From Escherichia phage KEP1, in sequence record PP047755: a stretch of 64,000 nt of DNA; one strand, given 5' to 3'. Below are positions 63,528-64,000 of the stretch, in pieces. A model generated the notes under the pieces. It worked only from the letters and a program-made list of their open reading frames with translations. It ran no database searches and was not told the DNA's origin. The translations under genes and the position numbers were made by a program. The stretch's first letter is position 1. Every line of letters begins with the position of its first letter.

Positions 63528-64000
63528 TTAAAGCAAAGACTTATCCAGACTTCAAAGAGTTTGTAAAGGGCTTCATTGCAAATGTAAAGGCTGGTAAGAG
63601 ATATGATTTTAGAACATATCAAGAGGCTATTTTACCACTTACCTATAGTTCATATTGGCCTGAAGCTGATATCGCAGAGGTTGAGAAGTTTGACTACAAA
63701 CCAGACTACAAAGTTCCTTTCAGTGACGATTTGCTTTACAGCATCGGTGCTCAGATGAGAACTTCTGACTTCTTCATGGATTTACAATATGCAATTATCA
63801 ATGGTAAAGACGTTGATACAGTTTATTGTGAATGGTTGGCAAGAGTTAAGCCGTTCTCAATGTTGAATGCTAAGCTGAAGGATGCTATTAAGCCACCAGC
63901 AATTACTCAGCAACCGACAAACCAAACAGTTAATGAGGGTGGCACGCTTACCCTAAGCGTTATCGCAACTAACGCCACTGGATATCAGTGGAAGAAGGGT
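63524..64000 (+). CDS. hypothetical protein (paralogue of 63156-63527) with C-terminal Ig-like extension; partial, runs off the window end
   Basis: Manual translation MIKAKTYPDFKEFVKGFIANVKAGKRYDF...; later TVNEGGTLTLSVIATNATGYQWKK resembles a bacterial Ig-like repeat; no stop before 64000. Confidence 0.5.
   Translation, partial: MIKAKTYPDFKEFVKGFIANVKAGKRYDFRTYQEAILPLTYSSYWPEADIAEVEKFDYKPDYKVPFSDDLLYSIGAQMRTSDFFMDLQYAIINGKDVDTVYCEWLARVKPFSMLNAKLKDAIKPPAITQQPTNQTVNEGGTLTLSVIATNATGYQWKKG

Overview
The window reads as a contiguous stretch of a large virulent-type tailed bacteriophage genome (about 40% GC by eye), in four strand blocks: minus 1-19713, plus 19941-30106, minus 30143-61898, plus 62127-64000. 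All calls are by eye from the sequence and the ORF track; no searches were run. Content: (i) a nucleotide-metabolism and replication block with an NAD+ salvage pair (Nampt-like plus Prs-like), anaerobic and aerobic ribonucleotide reductases (nrdG, nrdD, nrdH-like, nrdB, nrdA), a T7-like replisome (gp4-type primase-helicase, gp2.5-type SSB, gp6-type exonuclease, gp5-type DNA polymerase, ATP-dependent ligase), dNMP kinase, DHFR and thymidylate synthase; (ii) a lambda-like morphogenesis block (large terminase, portal, S49 protease/scaffold, decoration-like, gpE-like capsid, connectors, tail tube, chaperone pair, tape measure, baseplate, two tail fibres); (iii) a cluster of about 27 minus-strand tRNA genes (54.3-59.9 kb) with embedded protein genes and repeated hairpins; (iv) a vWA-domain protein and small genes at the right end. 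The most interesting items are: the DNA polymerase gene split exactly inside motif B by about 270 nt of untranslated sequence (group-I-intron-like) with an HNH-AP2 endonuclease immediately downstream; the Nampt-like/Prs-like pair (candidate NAD+ reconstitution counter-defence); a -1 frameshift site (TTTTTTC) joining the two tail-chaperone ORFs; a structured non-coding region with a 19-bp perfect inverted repeat and a T-arm-only tRNA-like fragment near the vWA (possibly Ro60-like) gene; and a 460-bp non-coding hub with two TTGACA promoters and GT-rich tandem repeats. No CRISPR array, integrase or rRNA was seen.
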